From: Bacillota bacterium
GTDB lineage: Bacteria > Bacillota > SHA-98 > Ch115 > JABLXJ01
NCBI GenBank assembly: GCA_013178125.1
Contig: JABLXJ010000008.1
Coordinates: forward strand, 78,305 to 142,304
DNA: 64,000 nucleotides
Direction: 5' to 3'
The translations under genes and the position numbers were made by a program. The notes beneath the pieces are model-generated. The model made no database searches. It was not told the DNA's origin and worked only from the letters and a program-made list of their open reading frames with translations. Below, in pieces: positions 9,877-19,703 of the stretch. Numbering within the stretch: the stretch's first letter is position 1; every line of letters begins with the position of its first letter.

Positions 9877-10587
9877 CTAAAACCTGTAGCCAACCCCGAC
9901 AAACGGGCCGCTGTTGCTCAGCTTCCAATCATCATTCGAAGGCCCGATCGCCGAGAGATAGCGATAGCCCGCGCTGATGTTGATCTGGGGCGCGACCTCA
10001 TATGCTACGCTGCCGAGGAACTCGACGGCGCTCGCGGTCTGCTCGGGCTCCGCGGGGACGGGAACTACCGCAATTTTCGCAGCCTTGGTTTCCGTCTTTG
10101 TAGATAAGGATGGGTAATAGCCGATACTCATCTGGCCCGTTATCCCCTTCGCCAGCGCAGTCTCGGCCTTGATGCCAACCTTGAAGCCGCTGAGGCTGAC
10201 TGTCGCAGACCCCGTTGAGTCCGCTAAGCTGCTCGTGAGATTCGCGTATCCTACCAGCGGGTAGAGGGTGACCGCGGGATCCGAGTAGAACCTGTAGAGC
10301 CCATCCACGCTGAAATAGCTCAGGCCCAGCGTGGCGTCTGCGTTCTCCTCGCTCTTGACGTCGGAGAAACCATAGTAGGCTATGCCCAGGCCAAACTGCG
10401 GCGTGAGCATGAAATCGCCGTTGATCATCAGGCTGTTAGCCTTCACAGTCAGCTTGCTCCCGTTCACACCCTCAAACACCGTGCTCCCTATAACATAGGA
10501 GGCCGTCGCGCCGCCCTGGGCCGACGCGACCCCTGCGAGGGCACACAGCATTATCGCGACGAGACCAACGATCATACCCCTCTTCAT
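9877..10587 (-). CDS. Outer-membrane beta-barrel protein (OmpW/OmpA-like porin family), predicted
   Basis: Signal peptide MKRGMIVGLVAIMLCALAGVASAQ. Alternating hydrophobic/polar beta-strand pattern rich in G/S/T/Y. C-terminal aromatic terminus ...GVGYRF, the OM beta-barrel sorting signature. Confidence 0.55.
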   Translation of the reverse strand: MKRGMIVGLVAIMLCALAGVASAQGGATASYVIGSTVFEGVNGSKLTVKANSLMINGDFMLTPQFGLGIAYYGFSDVKSEENADATLGLSYFSVDGLYRFYSDPAVTLYPLVGYANLTSSLADSTGSATVSLSGFKVGIKAETALAKGITGQMSIGYYPSLSTKTETKAAKIAVVPVPAEPEQTASAVEFLGSVAYEVAPQINISAGYRYLSAIGPSNDDWKLSNSGPFVGVGYRF

Positions 10588-10728
10588 TTCTAAAACTCCC
10601 CCTTGTCATTCCTAATTTGCCATCCTTGATCTTGATTACTATGAACAAACACCCGCGTCCAATAATACATATTCGTTAGTGCCTGGGGTTTTCCTTCCAA
10701 CTCGCGATTGTTTTACCGCATCTCAATC

Positions 10729-11583
10729 TCATTCGGGCACCTGGGCGCTGGCACTAAGGGGCGGGGAAGGAAGGCGGGGGAAAGCGCTCCTGGCATTGGT
10801 TGTCGTGATCTCCGCGATTACATTGAGAGGCATGACCCTGATCCCGGCGAGCCTCTCGGCGGTAAACCTTACAAATCCGGGCTCGTTGCGCTCGCCACGG
10901 TGCGGTGCAGGGGCGAGGTAGGGGCAATCCGTCTCGAGCAGGATCCTGTCGAGCGGGAGGGCGGCCGCCATCTCGCGAAGCCGCCTGGCGTTGTCGAATG
11001 TGAGCGGCCCACCAAGGGAGATGTAGAATCCCATCTTCATGCACTCGCGCGCCATCTCCAGGCTCCCCGAGAAGCAGTGGAGAATGCCCCCTGCCTCCCG
11101 GAGCCCCGCGGCGCGCGCCCTCAAGAGGTCCAGCACGTCACCGTGGGCTTCGCGATCATGTATCACGACTGGGAGGCCGAGCTCCCGCGCAAGGTCGAGC
11201 TGGCGGGCGAAAAGCTCGCGCTGGACATCCCTGGGCGAGAAATCATAGTGGTAATCGAGGCCAATCTCGCCTATAGCAAGCACGGCCCTATCCTGCGCCA
11301 GGTTCCTGAGGCGGTCTATAGCATCGGGCGGCGCGTTCAAGGCATCATGAGGGTGTATGCCGATCACGGCATACACCCCTTTATATGACCGGTTGAAGGC
11401 TATAGCAGCCTCCGACGAAGGAATATCACAGCCTACATTGATTATCAGCTTCACGCCGCCGCGCGCCGCCCGTTCAACAACCTCATCACGGTCAGGGCCG
11501 AATCGCTCGTCGTCCAGGTGGGCATGGGTATCTACAAGGAAAAGCTCTCCGGGTTGCGTATCGATCATCGCCGTGTCGATCAC
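10729..11583 (-). CDS. tatD: TatD-family metal-dependent DNase/hydrolase
   Basis: LVDTHAHLDDERF and EIGLDYHY motifs. The start overlaps the metG stop by 4 nt. Confidence 0.9.
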   Translation of the reverse strand: MIDTAMIDTQPGELFLVDTHAHLDDERFGPDRDEVVERAARGGVKLIINVGCDIPSSEAAIAFNRSYKGVYAVIGIHPHDALNAPPDAIDRLRNLAQDRAVLAIGEIGLDYHYDFSPRDVQRELFARQLDLARELGLPVVIHDREAHGDVLDLLRARAAGLREAGGILHCFSGSLEMARECMKMGFYISLGGPLTFDNARRLREMAAALPLDRILLETDCPYLAPAPHRGERNEPGFVRFTAERLAGIRVMPLNVIAEITTTNARSAFPRLPSPPLSASAQVPE

Positions 11584-13754
11584 CGGACCTTCGCCCCGGG
11601 CTCTATCTCCTTATCCGGGGTGAGAACCACGACCCTCTCGCCATCCTGGGAAACGGCCGCCAGGAGCATGCCCTGGGACAGGATGCCCCGCAGCCTGGCC
11701 GGCTGGAGATTTGCAACAACTACTATTTCCTTGCCTACGAGCTCCTCGGGGGAATAGTGCTTGGCGATCCCCGCGACAATCTGGCGCTTCTCCGTTCCCA
11801 GATCAACCTCGAGCTGCAGCAGCTTGTCCGCTCCCTCGACCTTTCGCGCGTCAACTACCCGGGCCACCCTCAAATTAACCTGAGCGAACTGGTCTATGGT
11901 AATCAACCCGGTCCCCGGAGTCTCCGTCCCGGGAACCCCTGTCTTGATCTTGGATACACCCTCAGATGCCTGCTCAGATGCCTGGCCTTCTGCCACTTTC
12001 TTCTCTCCTCCATTTGCGTTTCTTGCGGTTTTCGCGGTCTGTGCGGTTTTCGTTTTACCCGGGCCCTCTTTCTCGCTCCCGGCCCCTCCCGCTTCTGCGG
12101 CCACCTGGCGTTCAAGCCTGGGGAAGATCGGGTCCCCTCGCCGAATCCGCGTCCCCGGCGTCGTCTTCCCCCACTCGAGGGCGCTGGCCCAGCCCGCGCC
12201 CTCGGGGCTGCCATCGAGCCCGAGCTGGTCCCATATCTTACGGGCCGCGCCCGGGATGAACGGGCTCACCATTATGGCCGTGACGCGCAAGGCCTCAACC
12301 AGGTTGTACATGACCGTGTTCAGCGCGTCGCGCATCGTCTCGCTCCTGGCAAGCGTCCAGGGGGCCTTCTCATCGATATACTTATTTCCATCGTCAACTA
12401 TCGTCCAGATATCAGCTATGGCGCCGGAGAAATCGAGGGCCTCCATCTTCTCCCTCGCAGCCCGCGCTGCCCTCATGGCATTGGCCACGAGCGCGTCATC
12501 CCGGCCATCGCTGGCCCCGGGGGCAGGCACAACGCCACCCAGGAAGCGTTCGGTCATGGCCACCGTCCTATTCAGCAGGTTCCCGAGATCGTTGGCCAGG
12601 TCGGAGTTATAGCGTTCCCTCAACCCATCGATAGTGAAATCCCCGTCGCGCCCAAACTGGATGTCCCTCATTAGATAGTAGCGCAGCGCATCCGCCCCGT
12701 ACTCATCTGCAAGCTTGATGGGGTCGACCACCGTCCCCTCCGATTTGCTCATGCGCGCGCCGCCGATGTTCACAAACCCGTGGCCAAAGACCGTCCCGGG
12801 CAACGGGAGCCCGGCGGCCATCAAGGTCGCGGGCCATATAACGCAATGAAACCAGGTTATATCCTTCCCGATTATGTGAAGGTCAGCGGGCCACCATCTT
12901 TCAAACTCTCTAGACTCTCCAGGCTCTCCAGGTCCCGCCGCACCTGTCACCTCACCTGCATTCACGCCGGCTCCCTCGCCCCGAGTCACATCCCCGGCCA
13001 TCCCGGACATATAGCTGGCATACCCAGCCCCCGTCAGGTAGTTTATGAGCGCATCAAACCAGACGTAGACCACCTGGCCGGGATCCATGGGAAGAGGGAT
13101 GCCCCATTCCACCGTTGATCTCGAGATGCTTACATCCTGGAGACCCTCTCTAATGCGGTTTACAATCTCATTGCAGCGCGTCTCAGGCAGTATGAATTCG
13201 GGGTGCTTTTCAATATGATCGAGGAGGGCATCCTGGAATTTAGACAGGGCGAAAAAGTAGTTCTTCTCCTCCACCCATTCCACCTTTCTGCTCGGATGGA
13301 GAGGGCAGCGCCCATCAACGAGCTGACCTTCGCTGAGGAACGCCTCACACGAGACGCAATACCAGCCCGAATATGTTCCCTGATATATGTAGCCCCTGTC
13401 ATTAGCCCGGCGCACAATGTCCCGGACAGTAGCGACGTGATCCTCGTCGGTGGTGCGGATGAACCTATCATACTTGATACCGAGTTTCTCCCAGGCACGC
13501 TTGAACGAGGCCACCATCCTGTCACAAAACTCCTTGGGCGACATCCCTTCAGCGTGCGCCTTCCGTGCTACATTGAGGCTGTGTTCATCCGTCCCGGTTA
13601 AAAAGAATGTATCATAACCCGCGAGACGCTTAAAACGGGCTATAACGTCTGCAGCTATTTTCTCGTAAGCGTGTCCCAGGTGGGGCTCACCATTAACGTA
13701 GTCTATGGCTGTCGTGAGGTAGAATTTCGCCAAACAAGACACACCTCCTGGCAA
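11580..13754 (-). CDS. metG: Methionine--tRNA ligase with C-terminal tRNA-binding (EMAP/Trbp111) domain
   Basis: HLGHAY (HIGH) and KMSKS motifs. C-terminal ...QFAQVNLRVARVV...VVANLQPARLRG. G/E/A-rich low-complexity insertions. Confidence 0.95.
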   Translation of the reverse strand: MPGGVSCLAKFYLTTAIDYVNGEPHLGHAYEKIAADVIARFKRLAGYDTFFLTGTDEHSLNVARKAHAEGMSPKEFCDRMVASFKRAWEKLGIKYDRFIRTTDEDHVATVRDIVRRANDRGYIYQGTYSGWYCVSCEAFLSEGQLVDGRCPLHPSRKVEWVEEKNYFFALSKFQDALLDHIEKHPEFILPETRCNEIVNRIREGLQDVSISRSTVEWGIPLPMDPGQVVYVWFDALINYLTGAGYASYMSGMAGDVTRGEGAGVNAGEVTGAAGPGEPGESREFERWWPADLHIIGKDITWFHCVIWPATLMAAGLPLPGTVFGHGFVNIGGARMSKSEGTVVDPIKLADEYGADALRYYLMRDIQFGRDGDFTIDGLRERYNSDLANDLGNLLNRTVAMTERFLGGVVPAPGASDGRDDALVANAMRAARAAREKMEALDFSGAIADIWTIVDDGNKYIDEKAPWTLARSETMRDALNTVMYNLVEALRVTAIMVSPFIPGAARKIWDQLGLDGSPEGAGWASALEWGKTTPGTRIRRGDPIFPRLERQVAAEAGGAGSEKEGPGKTKTAQTAKTARNANGGEKKVAEGQASEQASEGVSKIKTGVPGTETPGTGLITIDQFAQVNLRVARVVDARKVEGADKLLQLEVDLGTEKRQIVAGIAKHYSPEELVGKEIVVVANLQPARLRGILSQGMLLAAVSQDGERVVVLTPDKEIEPGAKVR

Positions 13755-14074
13755 TTTGGGTCCGGGGCATCACCGCGGGTCGCCCTGGCGTCTACGTGTA
13801 TAATGAGCGATGCCAGGCCTCCATATGCAGCAAGCTTCTATATCATCCAGCCAGATCCAGCATTCAGATCCAGCAAGCCTCCATATGACAGCAACGGGCC
13901 AGATGCGGCAATGGGCCAAACCCCTATTGATATCATAGAGCCCACCAGTAGAAAATGCAATATCAAATCGCCCCGCATTCACTCAGGTAATTTTCAAATC
14001 CTGCCCCAGGCCCTCTTGACAATAGACGAATTAGGTTTATATTGGAAGTGAAAACAAAAAATATAAATATCGTC

Positions 14075-14123
14075 TTGACTTACCTTGGAAATTTAAGTAT
14101 ACTCTTACTAGAACCTTGTCGAA
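14075..14123 (+). promoter_or_regulatory. sigmaA-type promoter of abrB with a downstream Spo0A (0A) box
   Basis: TTGACT (14075-14080), 17-nt spacer, TATACT (14098-14103). TGTCGAA (14117-14123) sits ~14 nt downstream of the -10. RBS GAAAGGGG and a TTG start at 14151. Confidence 0.55.
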
Positions 14124-14150
14124 ACGTGTAGAAGAAAGGGGCTGAATACC

Positions 14151-14396
14151 TTGAAATCAACCGGCATTGTTAGAAAGGTCGATGAGCTTGGCCGAGTGGT
14201 CATACCCATCGAGCTCAGGAGAACCCTCCAGATCGGCGAGAAGGATGCGCTCGAAATCTATGTGGATGGGGAGAAAATCATTCTGAAGAAGTATGAGCCA
14301 GCCTGCATCTTTTGCGGCAACGCGGATAACATCCGCAACTTCAAGGAGAAGAATATCTGCAAAGACTGCCTGGAGGCTATGAAGAGCGTATCGTAA
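14151..14396 (+). CDS. abrB: Transition-state regulator AbrB
   Basis: MKSTGIVRKVDELGRVVIPIELRRTLQIGEKDALEIYVDGEKIILKKY is a near-canonical AbrB/SpoVT swapped-hairpin N-domain. 81 aa. Placed between rsmI and metG as in B. subtilis. Confidence 0.9.
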   Translation: MKSTGIVRKVDELGRVVIPIELRRTLQIGEKDALEIYVDGEKIILKKYEPACIFCGNADNIRNFKEKNICKDCLEAMKSVS

Positions 14397-14554
14397 GGTA
14401 AGGGGCGCAGGAACAGGAGGTCGCAGAGACAGGGAATCGCAGGATGATATAGGATAGTGGATGTAGGGTGGTATTAGGCGAATATAGGATAATAAATATC
14501 GGACGATAGATGTAGCCGGATTTATGTTTGTGTAGCGGGATTCATAGGTCATCT

Positions 14555-14592
14555 AGCGCCGGGAGGCTAACGCCGGAAGGCGCTATTTTTTT
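14555..14592 (+). terminator. Putative Rho-independent terminator after abrB
   Basis: AGCGCC...GGCGCT stem enclosing an internal CCGG/CCGG helix, followed by ATTTTTTT. Overlaps the rsmI stop codon on the other strand. Confidence 0.4.
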
Positions 14593-15551
14593 AGCGAAAG
14601 CCTGTAGAGCTCCCGGCCGCTGAAACCCGTTTCCTTCGAGACCAGTCTCGCGGCGTCCTTCCTCCCCATCCCGGCGTCAACAAGCTGCTGCATACGATTC
14701 AAAGCGCCCTCTTTCTCTTGTATACCGCCCCTGCTGCCCCCCTCCTCCTCCTGGCCCTGCACCCCCTGCGCCGCCTGCGTCCTCTGCGTCCCCTGCGCAG
14801 CCAGCGGCGCCTCTGCCGGTCCAAGGACGAGCACGAATTCGCCTAGGGGGTTTGCGAGGCCCGGCCTCTCCATGAGGCTCTCCAGGTCGCCCAGGGTCCC
14901 GCGAAGGAACTCTTCATGAATCTTCGTGAGCTCGCGGGCTATCGCGACCCTACGCTCCGGCCCCAGCCGGTCGCGGAGCTCCCGCAGAGTCCGGCACACC
15001 CTGTGGGGCGCCTCGTAGATGATCGCTGTCCGCCTTTCGGTGGCAAGGGAATCCAGCAGGGTTTCGCGGTCCCTTCCCTTGCGCGGGAGGAATCCGAGGA
15101 ATACAAAGGCATCGGTGGGGAGCCCTGAGGCCACGAGCGCGGCCACAAAGGCTGTCGGGCCCGGGACCGGGATGACCCTTATACCCGCCTCGATAGCCTG
15201 CCGCACGAGGTCGGAGCCCGGGTCGGAGATTCCAGGCATGCCAGCATCCGAAACCAGGGCTACCTTCCTGCCGGACCTGAGCTTGTCCAAGATTTCCGGC
15301 CCCATTTCCCTCATATTATGTTCATGGTAGCTCACCAGCGGGGTTTTTATATCGTAACGCGCCAGGAGCTTGCGCGTCTGGCGCGTATCCTCGGCGGCAA
15401 TGAAATCCACCTCTCTCAATGTAGCAAGGGCCCGCAGCGTTATATCTCCCAGGTTTCCTATCGGCGTCCCGCAAATATAGAGGACCCCCAGCCCCGGGTC
15501 GCCCTGCAGAGCGCGCTCTGCAGGCCCGTTCGCGGATTCACCTTCATTCAT
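14583..15551 (-). CDS. rsmI: 16S rRNA (cytidine1402-2'-O)-methyltransferase RsmI (YabC) with C-terminal extension
   Basis: LYICGTPIGNLGDITLRALATLREVDFIAAEDTRQTRKLL (tetrapyrrole-methylase fold). Start set at the internal Met (MNEGES), which abuts the yaaT stop. The ORF-track start would overlap yaaT by 125 nt. Confidence 0.8.
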   Translation of the reverse strand: MNEGESANGPAERALQGDPGLGVLYICGTPIGNLGDITLRALATLREVDFIAAEDTRQTRKLLARYDIKTPLVSYHEHNMREMGPEILDKLRSGRKVALVSDAGMPGISDPGSDLVRQAIEAGIRVIPVPGPTAFVAALVASGLPTDAFVFLGFLPRKGRDRETLLDSLATERRTAIIYEAPHRVCRTLRELRDRLGPERRVAIARELTKIHEEFLRGTLGDLESLMERPGLANPLGEFVLVLGPAEAPLAAQGTQRTQAAQGVQGQEEEGGSRGGIQEKEGALNRMQQLVDAGMGRKDAARLVSKETGFSGRELYRLSLKK

Positions 15552-15552
15552 C

Positions 15553-16323
15553 TTAGCATCCTTCTCCATCCCCATCTCCATCCCCGTCCCCGCCTCCATC
15601 CGGGTCCATGGCAGGCTCGGGGGGAGCCTCCTGGGGCGCCCTGCCCTGCTGGGGCTCCTTGACGCGCTTGTAGGCATCAGACTCGTACTTCAGGCAGCAC
15701 ATGAGCCTCCCGCATATGCCGGATATCTTCGAAGGATTCAGTGAGAGATTCTGGTCCTTGGCCATGCGGATGGAGACTGGCTCAAAGTCCCCCAGGAAAG
15801 TAGCGCAGCAGAGTGGCCGGCCGCATGGGCCCAGCCCCCCGAGCATCTTGGCCTCATCCCTCACACCTATCTGGCGGAGCTCAATCCGGGTCCTGAATAC
15901 GCTCGCCAGATCCTTAACCAGCTCTCTAAAATCGACCCTGCCATCGGCCGTAAAATAGAACGTTATCTTGCTATTATCAAAAGAGCATTCAACGTCTATG
16001 AGCTTCATCGGGAGCCCGTGATCAGCTATCTTCTGGAGGCATATCTCAAAGACCTTTTTCTCCCTCCGCTTATTCTCCTCCACCTGGGCCTCATCCTCGG
16101 CCGTGGCCTCTCTCAATACCTTCTTAAGCGGGCTCACGATGTCCTCTTCCCTGACCTGCTTGGGACCTATAACAACCTCTCCATATTCGACCCCTCTTGA
16201 AGTTTCAACTATCACCTTATCACCGGCGGCCACGTCGATCCCGTCCGGGTCAAAGTAATATATCTTCCCCGCCTTCTTAAACCTCACACCTACAACCTCA
16301 TACATCCCCAAGACTCCCCTCAA
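15553..16323 (-). CDS. ricT: PSP1-domain protein YaaT/RicT (stage 0 sporulation / RNase Y regulator)
   Basis: MYEVVGVRFKKAGKIYYFDPDGIDVAAGDKVIVETSRGVEYGEVV is a PSP1 N-domain, with a Cys-rich region (CGRPLCCATF, CGRLMCCLKYE). C-terminal (GD)n repeat. Confidence 0.85.
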   Translation of the reverse strand: MRGVLGMYEVVGVRFKKAGKIYYFDPDGIDVAAGDKVIVETSRGVEYGEVVIGPKQVREEDIVSPLKKVLREATAEDEAQVEENKRREKKVFEICLQKIADHGLPMKLIDVECSFDNSKITFYFTADGRVDFRELVKDLASVFRTRIELRQIGVRDEAKMLGGLGPCGRPLCCATFLGDFEPVSIRMAKDQNLSLNPSKISGICGRLMCCLKYESDAYKRVKEPQQGRAPQEAPPEPAMDPDGGGDGDGDGDGEGC

Positions 16324-16330
16324 ACGTCTC

Positions 16331-17563
16331 TCACACGTTGAAAATCAAAGCGAAGAGCATATTCTCGAGGGCCAGCCTCAGATTCGCATTCCTCCTGATA
16401 CCCTGCCTTGCCGCCTCGATGACGCCAATCGAGTTGACTGCCCTGTCAGTGGAGCACATCCTCGCCTGCTCCTCGAGCACCTCGAGCTTATCCACGTTTA
16501 TTACAAGAGTCTCTAAAAGGCCCTCCGTCTCGTGGGGAATCCCACGTTCAAGGCTTACCCGCTCAAGACTTACCCGTTCAAGGCCCACCCCGTCATGAGC
16601 TGCCTCATAGACTATCATGAGGTCCCTGTACCAGTCCTCGAGAAGGTCAAGAATCTCATCAAGATCATCTTTGCGCTTCTCAAGCTCCCCAGCGTTCCTC
16701 AGAGCCTCCAGCATTCCTCCGCCCCTACCTGCCTCGTACCCGGCCTGTGCCTGTCCTAAAACGCTCCCGGCGAGGGCGATAACCTCATCCCGGGGCGGCA
16801 GGGGAATCCGGCCGGTGGCCCAGCCCACCGCCTTCCCTACGCTCCCGTGACAGAGAAAAGCCATTACCCTGGCCTCCTCTCTTGGGATACCGTACCTGCT
16901 CTCGAGCAACCCTGATATCGCGGAGGCGCCGACCGGGTAGAACCGGAGGATCTGGCAGCGTGAGACTATAGTGGGGAGGATGCTCAGGACGTTCGAGGCC
17001 AAGAGGATGAAAACCGTTCTTTCCTGGGGTTCCTCGAGGACTTTGAGGATGCTGTTTGCAGCCTGCTCTGTCATCTTGTCGCAATCTTCTATTATCCACA
17101 CCCTATAACGTCCCTCATATGGCCTGTAGGACATCTCCCTCTTGATCTCCCGTATCTGGTCGATTCTAACGGAGGCCCCATCAGGGGATATGACCTTTAC
17201 GTCTGGGTGATTGCCGTTGGCGATCTTCCGGCAGGATGGGCAGGTGCCACACGGAGCGAAAAATCCCGCCCTATTACCAGGTTTACCGGGTTTGTCATCG
17301 GGCCCACTTTCATTATCCTTATCGGTGCAATCCATATCCGTGCGGAGACAATTCAGGGCCCTGGCAAAACACAGCGCAAGGGTTTTTTTGCCGACCCCGC
17401 TCGGGCCGGCAAACAGGTATGCATGAGCTATCCTCCCTGTCTCCAGGGCACGTTGAAGCAGCCTCAGGGTCTCGGGCTGGCCCACAACCTCTCCGCAGAA
17501 GAAATCGCTTTCCACCAAATCGCTCCTCACCCGCGCAATATCCCGCTCTTCACATTCCCGCAT
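16331..17563 (-). CDS. holB: DNA polymerase III delta' subunit (HolB), with insertions
   Basis: AHAYLFAGPSGVGKKTLALCFARALNC. Zinc module CGTCPSC. Walker B VWIIEDCDKM. SRC sensor motif. Confidence 0.8.
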   Translation of the reverse strand: MRECEERDIARVRSDLVESDFFCGEVVGQPETLRLLQRALETGRIAHAYLFAGPSGVGKKTLALCFARALNCLRTDMDCTDKDNESGPDDKPGKPGNRAGFFAPCGTCPSCRKIANGNHPDVKVISPDGASVRIDQIREIKREMSYRPYEGRYRVWIIEDCDKMTEQAANSILKVLEEPQERTVFILLASNVLSILPTIVSRCQILRFYPVGASAISGLLESRYGIPREEARVMAFLCHGSVGKAVGWATGRIPLPPRDEVIALAGSVLGQAQAGYEAGRGGGMLEALRNAGELEKRKDDLDEILDLLEDWYRDLMIVYEAAHDGVGLERVSLERVSLERGIPHETEGLLETLVINVDKLEVLEEQARMCSTDRAVNSIGVIEAARQGIRRNANLRLALENMLFALIFNV

Positions 17564-17569
17564 TTCGAA

Positions 17570-17911
17570 TCAGACCTTCTCAAAGTGGGCCACATCAACG
17601 ACGAATATGGTTGCCCCTCCGACCTTTACCTCCACAGGCTGGGGGACGTACGACGTTATGGACCTCCCTACTGCAGGCATCGGCGTGATGAGCTGGGTCC
17701 GGGATTTACAGACATCCTTGACCACGCCAACGACATCCTGCACCTGGTCATCGTCCACGCCCACCAGCAACGTCGTATTGCCGACCCTCAGAAACCCCCC
17801 TGTACTCGCAAGCTTCGTGGCCTTATAACCCTTCTTGACGAGACGATCCAGGAGGCCGGCCACGTCCTGATCCTGGACTATCGCTATCACGAGCTTCATT
17901 GCCTTCACCAC
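17570..17911 (-). CDS. darA: PII-like cyclic-di-AMP receptor DarA (YaaQ, DUF970)
   Basis: MKLVIAIVQDQDVAGLLDRLVKKGYKATKLASTGGFLRVGNTTLLVGVDDDQV; ~110 aa. Conserved position next to holB. Confidence 0.8.
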   Translation of the reverse strand: MVKAMKLVIAIVQDQDVAGLLDRLVKKGYKATKLASTGGFLRVGNTTLLVGVDDDQVQDVVGVVKDVCKSRTQLITPMPAVGRSITSYVPQPVEVKVGGATIFVVDVAHFEKV

Positions 17912-18102
17912 CCCCGGTCCTGCAATCCAGTCCTTCCTGCCCTACCTCTATCCTCCATCTCCTCCGTCTCCTGCATCTCCTGAGCCTGATGCTCTGCCAG
18001 TAAACCCGCCCGACATCCTGGCCCGGCATTCTGCCCTGAAAATGACCCAATCAATTCCAGGACATTTTCATTCTCCGGGGTGCCGCGCTGCGGCATGGAG
18101 GT

Positions 18103-19701
18103 CTACTTTGAGAATATCACTACACGCCTATTCGGTTCAACCCCGATGCTGACAGACTGCAAGCTTTTCCTGGAGGCGAGCTCATGCTGCAATCTACGAA
18201 TATATGCGTTCTGAGGCCGCAATTCCACCGGTTGAGCATGCCTTGAAACGCGCAACGCCGCTTCCTCGGCCTCGCGGAGGGCGCCTTCTTCAGGTCGAGC
18301 CCCTGGAGTCACACCCTCACCCGAGCCGCCCCCGCCTGAGCCGCACCTCTGTCGCAGGAAACCCAATATCTGGCTTATCGTATTGCTCTTGATGATGTGG
18401 ATGGGGAGACCCCGCTCCGCCGCCTCGCGCAACCTCTTGGGCATCTTGCGATACTGTCCCCTCAATGTGAGGATTACATCTGCGCTATCGATGTCCCGTG
18501 CTATATAGGCTCGCACACCGCTCGCCTCGATGGCCTCGCTCAACTTGTTATGACTTACAGCATATGGAAATATCCGCAAAAACCTGGGCTGTTCCTCAGT
18601 AGGACCTTGGATGGCGCCTTGAGCACCGCCTCTTCCCGGCTCAATCTCTCCCGGCCCCATCCTATCCATAGCACCGGGGAACCCGGCCTCCTGGACTATC
18701 TTTATCTCGCCTCCAGAACCCCGCACCCTGATCTCGGGCCGCGGCTCGATGCCCCGGAGAAGCAGGTCCACCGTCCTCGCCACGTCGTGGTGAATTGCAA
18801 GCGTATCCCTATCTTTTATCTCAATTACCACATCAAAGGTGGGCGGGGCCTTCCGCTCCAAAACAGTCTTCTGAGTCCCTCGCTTTCGCGCCTCCTCATC
18901 GCCGAGGGTCACGGCCTGGATGCCCCCGACAAGATCGCTCAGCACCGGGTTGAGAACCAGGTTGGTCAGGGTATCACCGTGAGCCGTCCCTATGAGCTGG
19001 ACCCCGCGCTCAGCTATTGTCCGCGCGGCGTCTGCCTCGGCCTCTGTGCCGATTTCGTCAATCACTATGACCTCCGGCATGTGATTCTCCACAGCCTCTA
19101 TCATAACATCCGCCTGCTTTGCAGGTGTTGGCACCTGCATGCGCCGGGAGCGCCCTATACCAGGGTGCGGGATATCCCCATCCCCGGCGATCTCATTTGA
19201 GGTATCAACAACGACGACCCGCTTTTCAAACTCGTCACTCAGAACCCGGGCCACCTCACGAAGCATCGTCGTCTTGCCAACTCCCGGCCGGCCAAGCAAC
19301 AGGAGGCTCTTTTCCTGCTCCACCACATCCCTGATTATATCAATGGTCCCAAAAACCGCCCGACCGACCCTGCAGGTAAGGCCGATGATTTCACCTGTGC
19401 GGTTCCGTATGGCGGAGATCCTGTGCAGGGTTCTCTCAATCCCTGCCCTGTTATCACCCCCGAACCTCCCGACGCGCTTCAGGACATACCCGATATCCTC
19501 GCGGGAGACGGGCTCCTCGCTCAGATAGATGAATCTTCCGGCAAATCGGGCCTCCGGCTGGCGACCCAGGTCGAGGATAACCTCAACGAGGTCATTCAAA
19601 TCATCCAGGGCCTCGATGCCGCCCCTCAACCTCGGGGGTAAAACCTCCAGGAGCAGGTCAATATTATCAGTTATCTCTTGCCGCGTCAAGGTTCCCTTCA
19701 C
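18103..19701 (-). CDS. SpoIIIAA/Ycf45-like AAA ATPase with C-terminal R3H nucleic-acid-binding domain
   Basis: Walker A LLLGRPGVGKTT and Walker B VIVIDEIGT. C-terminal R3H-like LRPQNAYIRRLQHELAS. Confidence 0.55.
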   Translation of the reverse strand: MKGTLTRQEITDNIDLLLEVLPPRLRGGIEALDDLNDLVEVILDLGRQPEARFAGRFIYLSEEPVSREDIGYVLKRVGRFGGDNRAGIERTLHRISAIRNRTGEIIGLTCRVGRAVFGTIDIIRDVVEQEKSLLLLGRPGVGKTTMLREVARVLSDEFEKRVVVVDTSNEIAGDGDIPHPGIGRSRRMQVPTPAKQADVMIEAVENHMPEVIVIDEIGTEAEADAARTIAERGVQLIGTAHGDTLTNLVLNPVLSDLVGGIQAVTLGDEEARKRGTQKTVLERKAPPTFDVVIEIKDRDTLAIHHDVARTVDLLLRGIEPRPEIRVRGSGGEIKIVQEAGFPGAMDRMGPGEIEPGRGGAQGAIQGPTEEQPRFLRIFPYAVSHNKLSEAIEASGVRAYIARDIDSADVILTLRGQYRKMPKRLREAAERGLPIHIIKSNTISQILGFLRQRCGSGGGGSGEGVTPGARPEEGALREAEEAALRVSRHAQPVELRPQNAYIRRLQHELASRKSLQSVSIGVEPNRRVVIFSK

Positions 19702-19703
19702 TC

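Noticed and set aside
11757-12674. Several long plus-strand ORFs (305, 238, 97 aa) inside metG
   Set aside because: They are antisense to an unambiguous methionyl-tRNA synthetase. They have Pro/Arg/Ser-rich composition typical of GC-rich antisense frames.
13755-14150. T-box or S-box leader upstream of metG
   Set aside because: A GGGGCATCACCGCGGG segment loosely resembles the T-box core but is on the wrong strand for metG. No specifier/antiterminator arrangement could be built.
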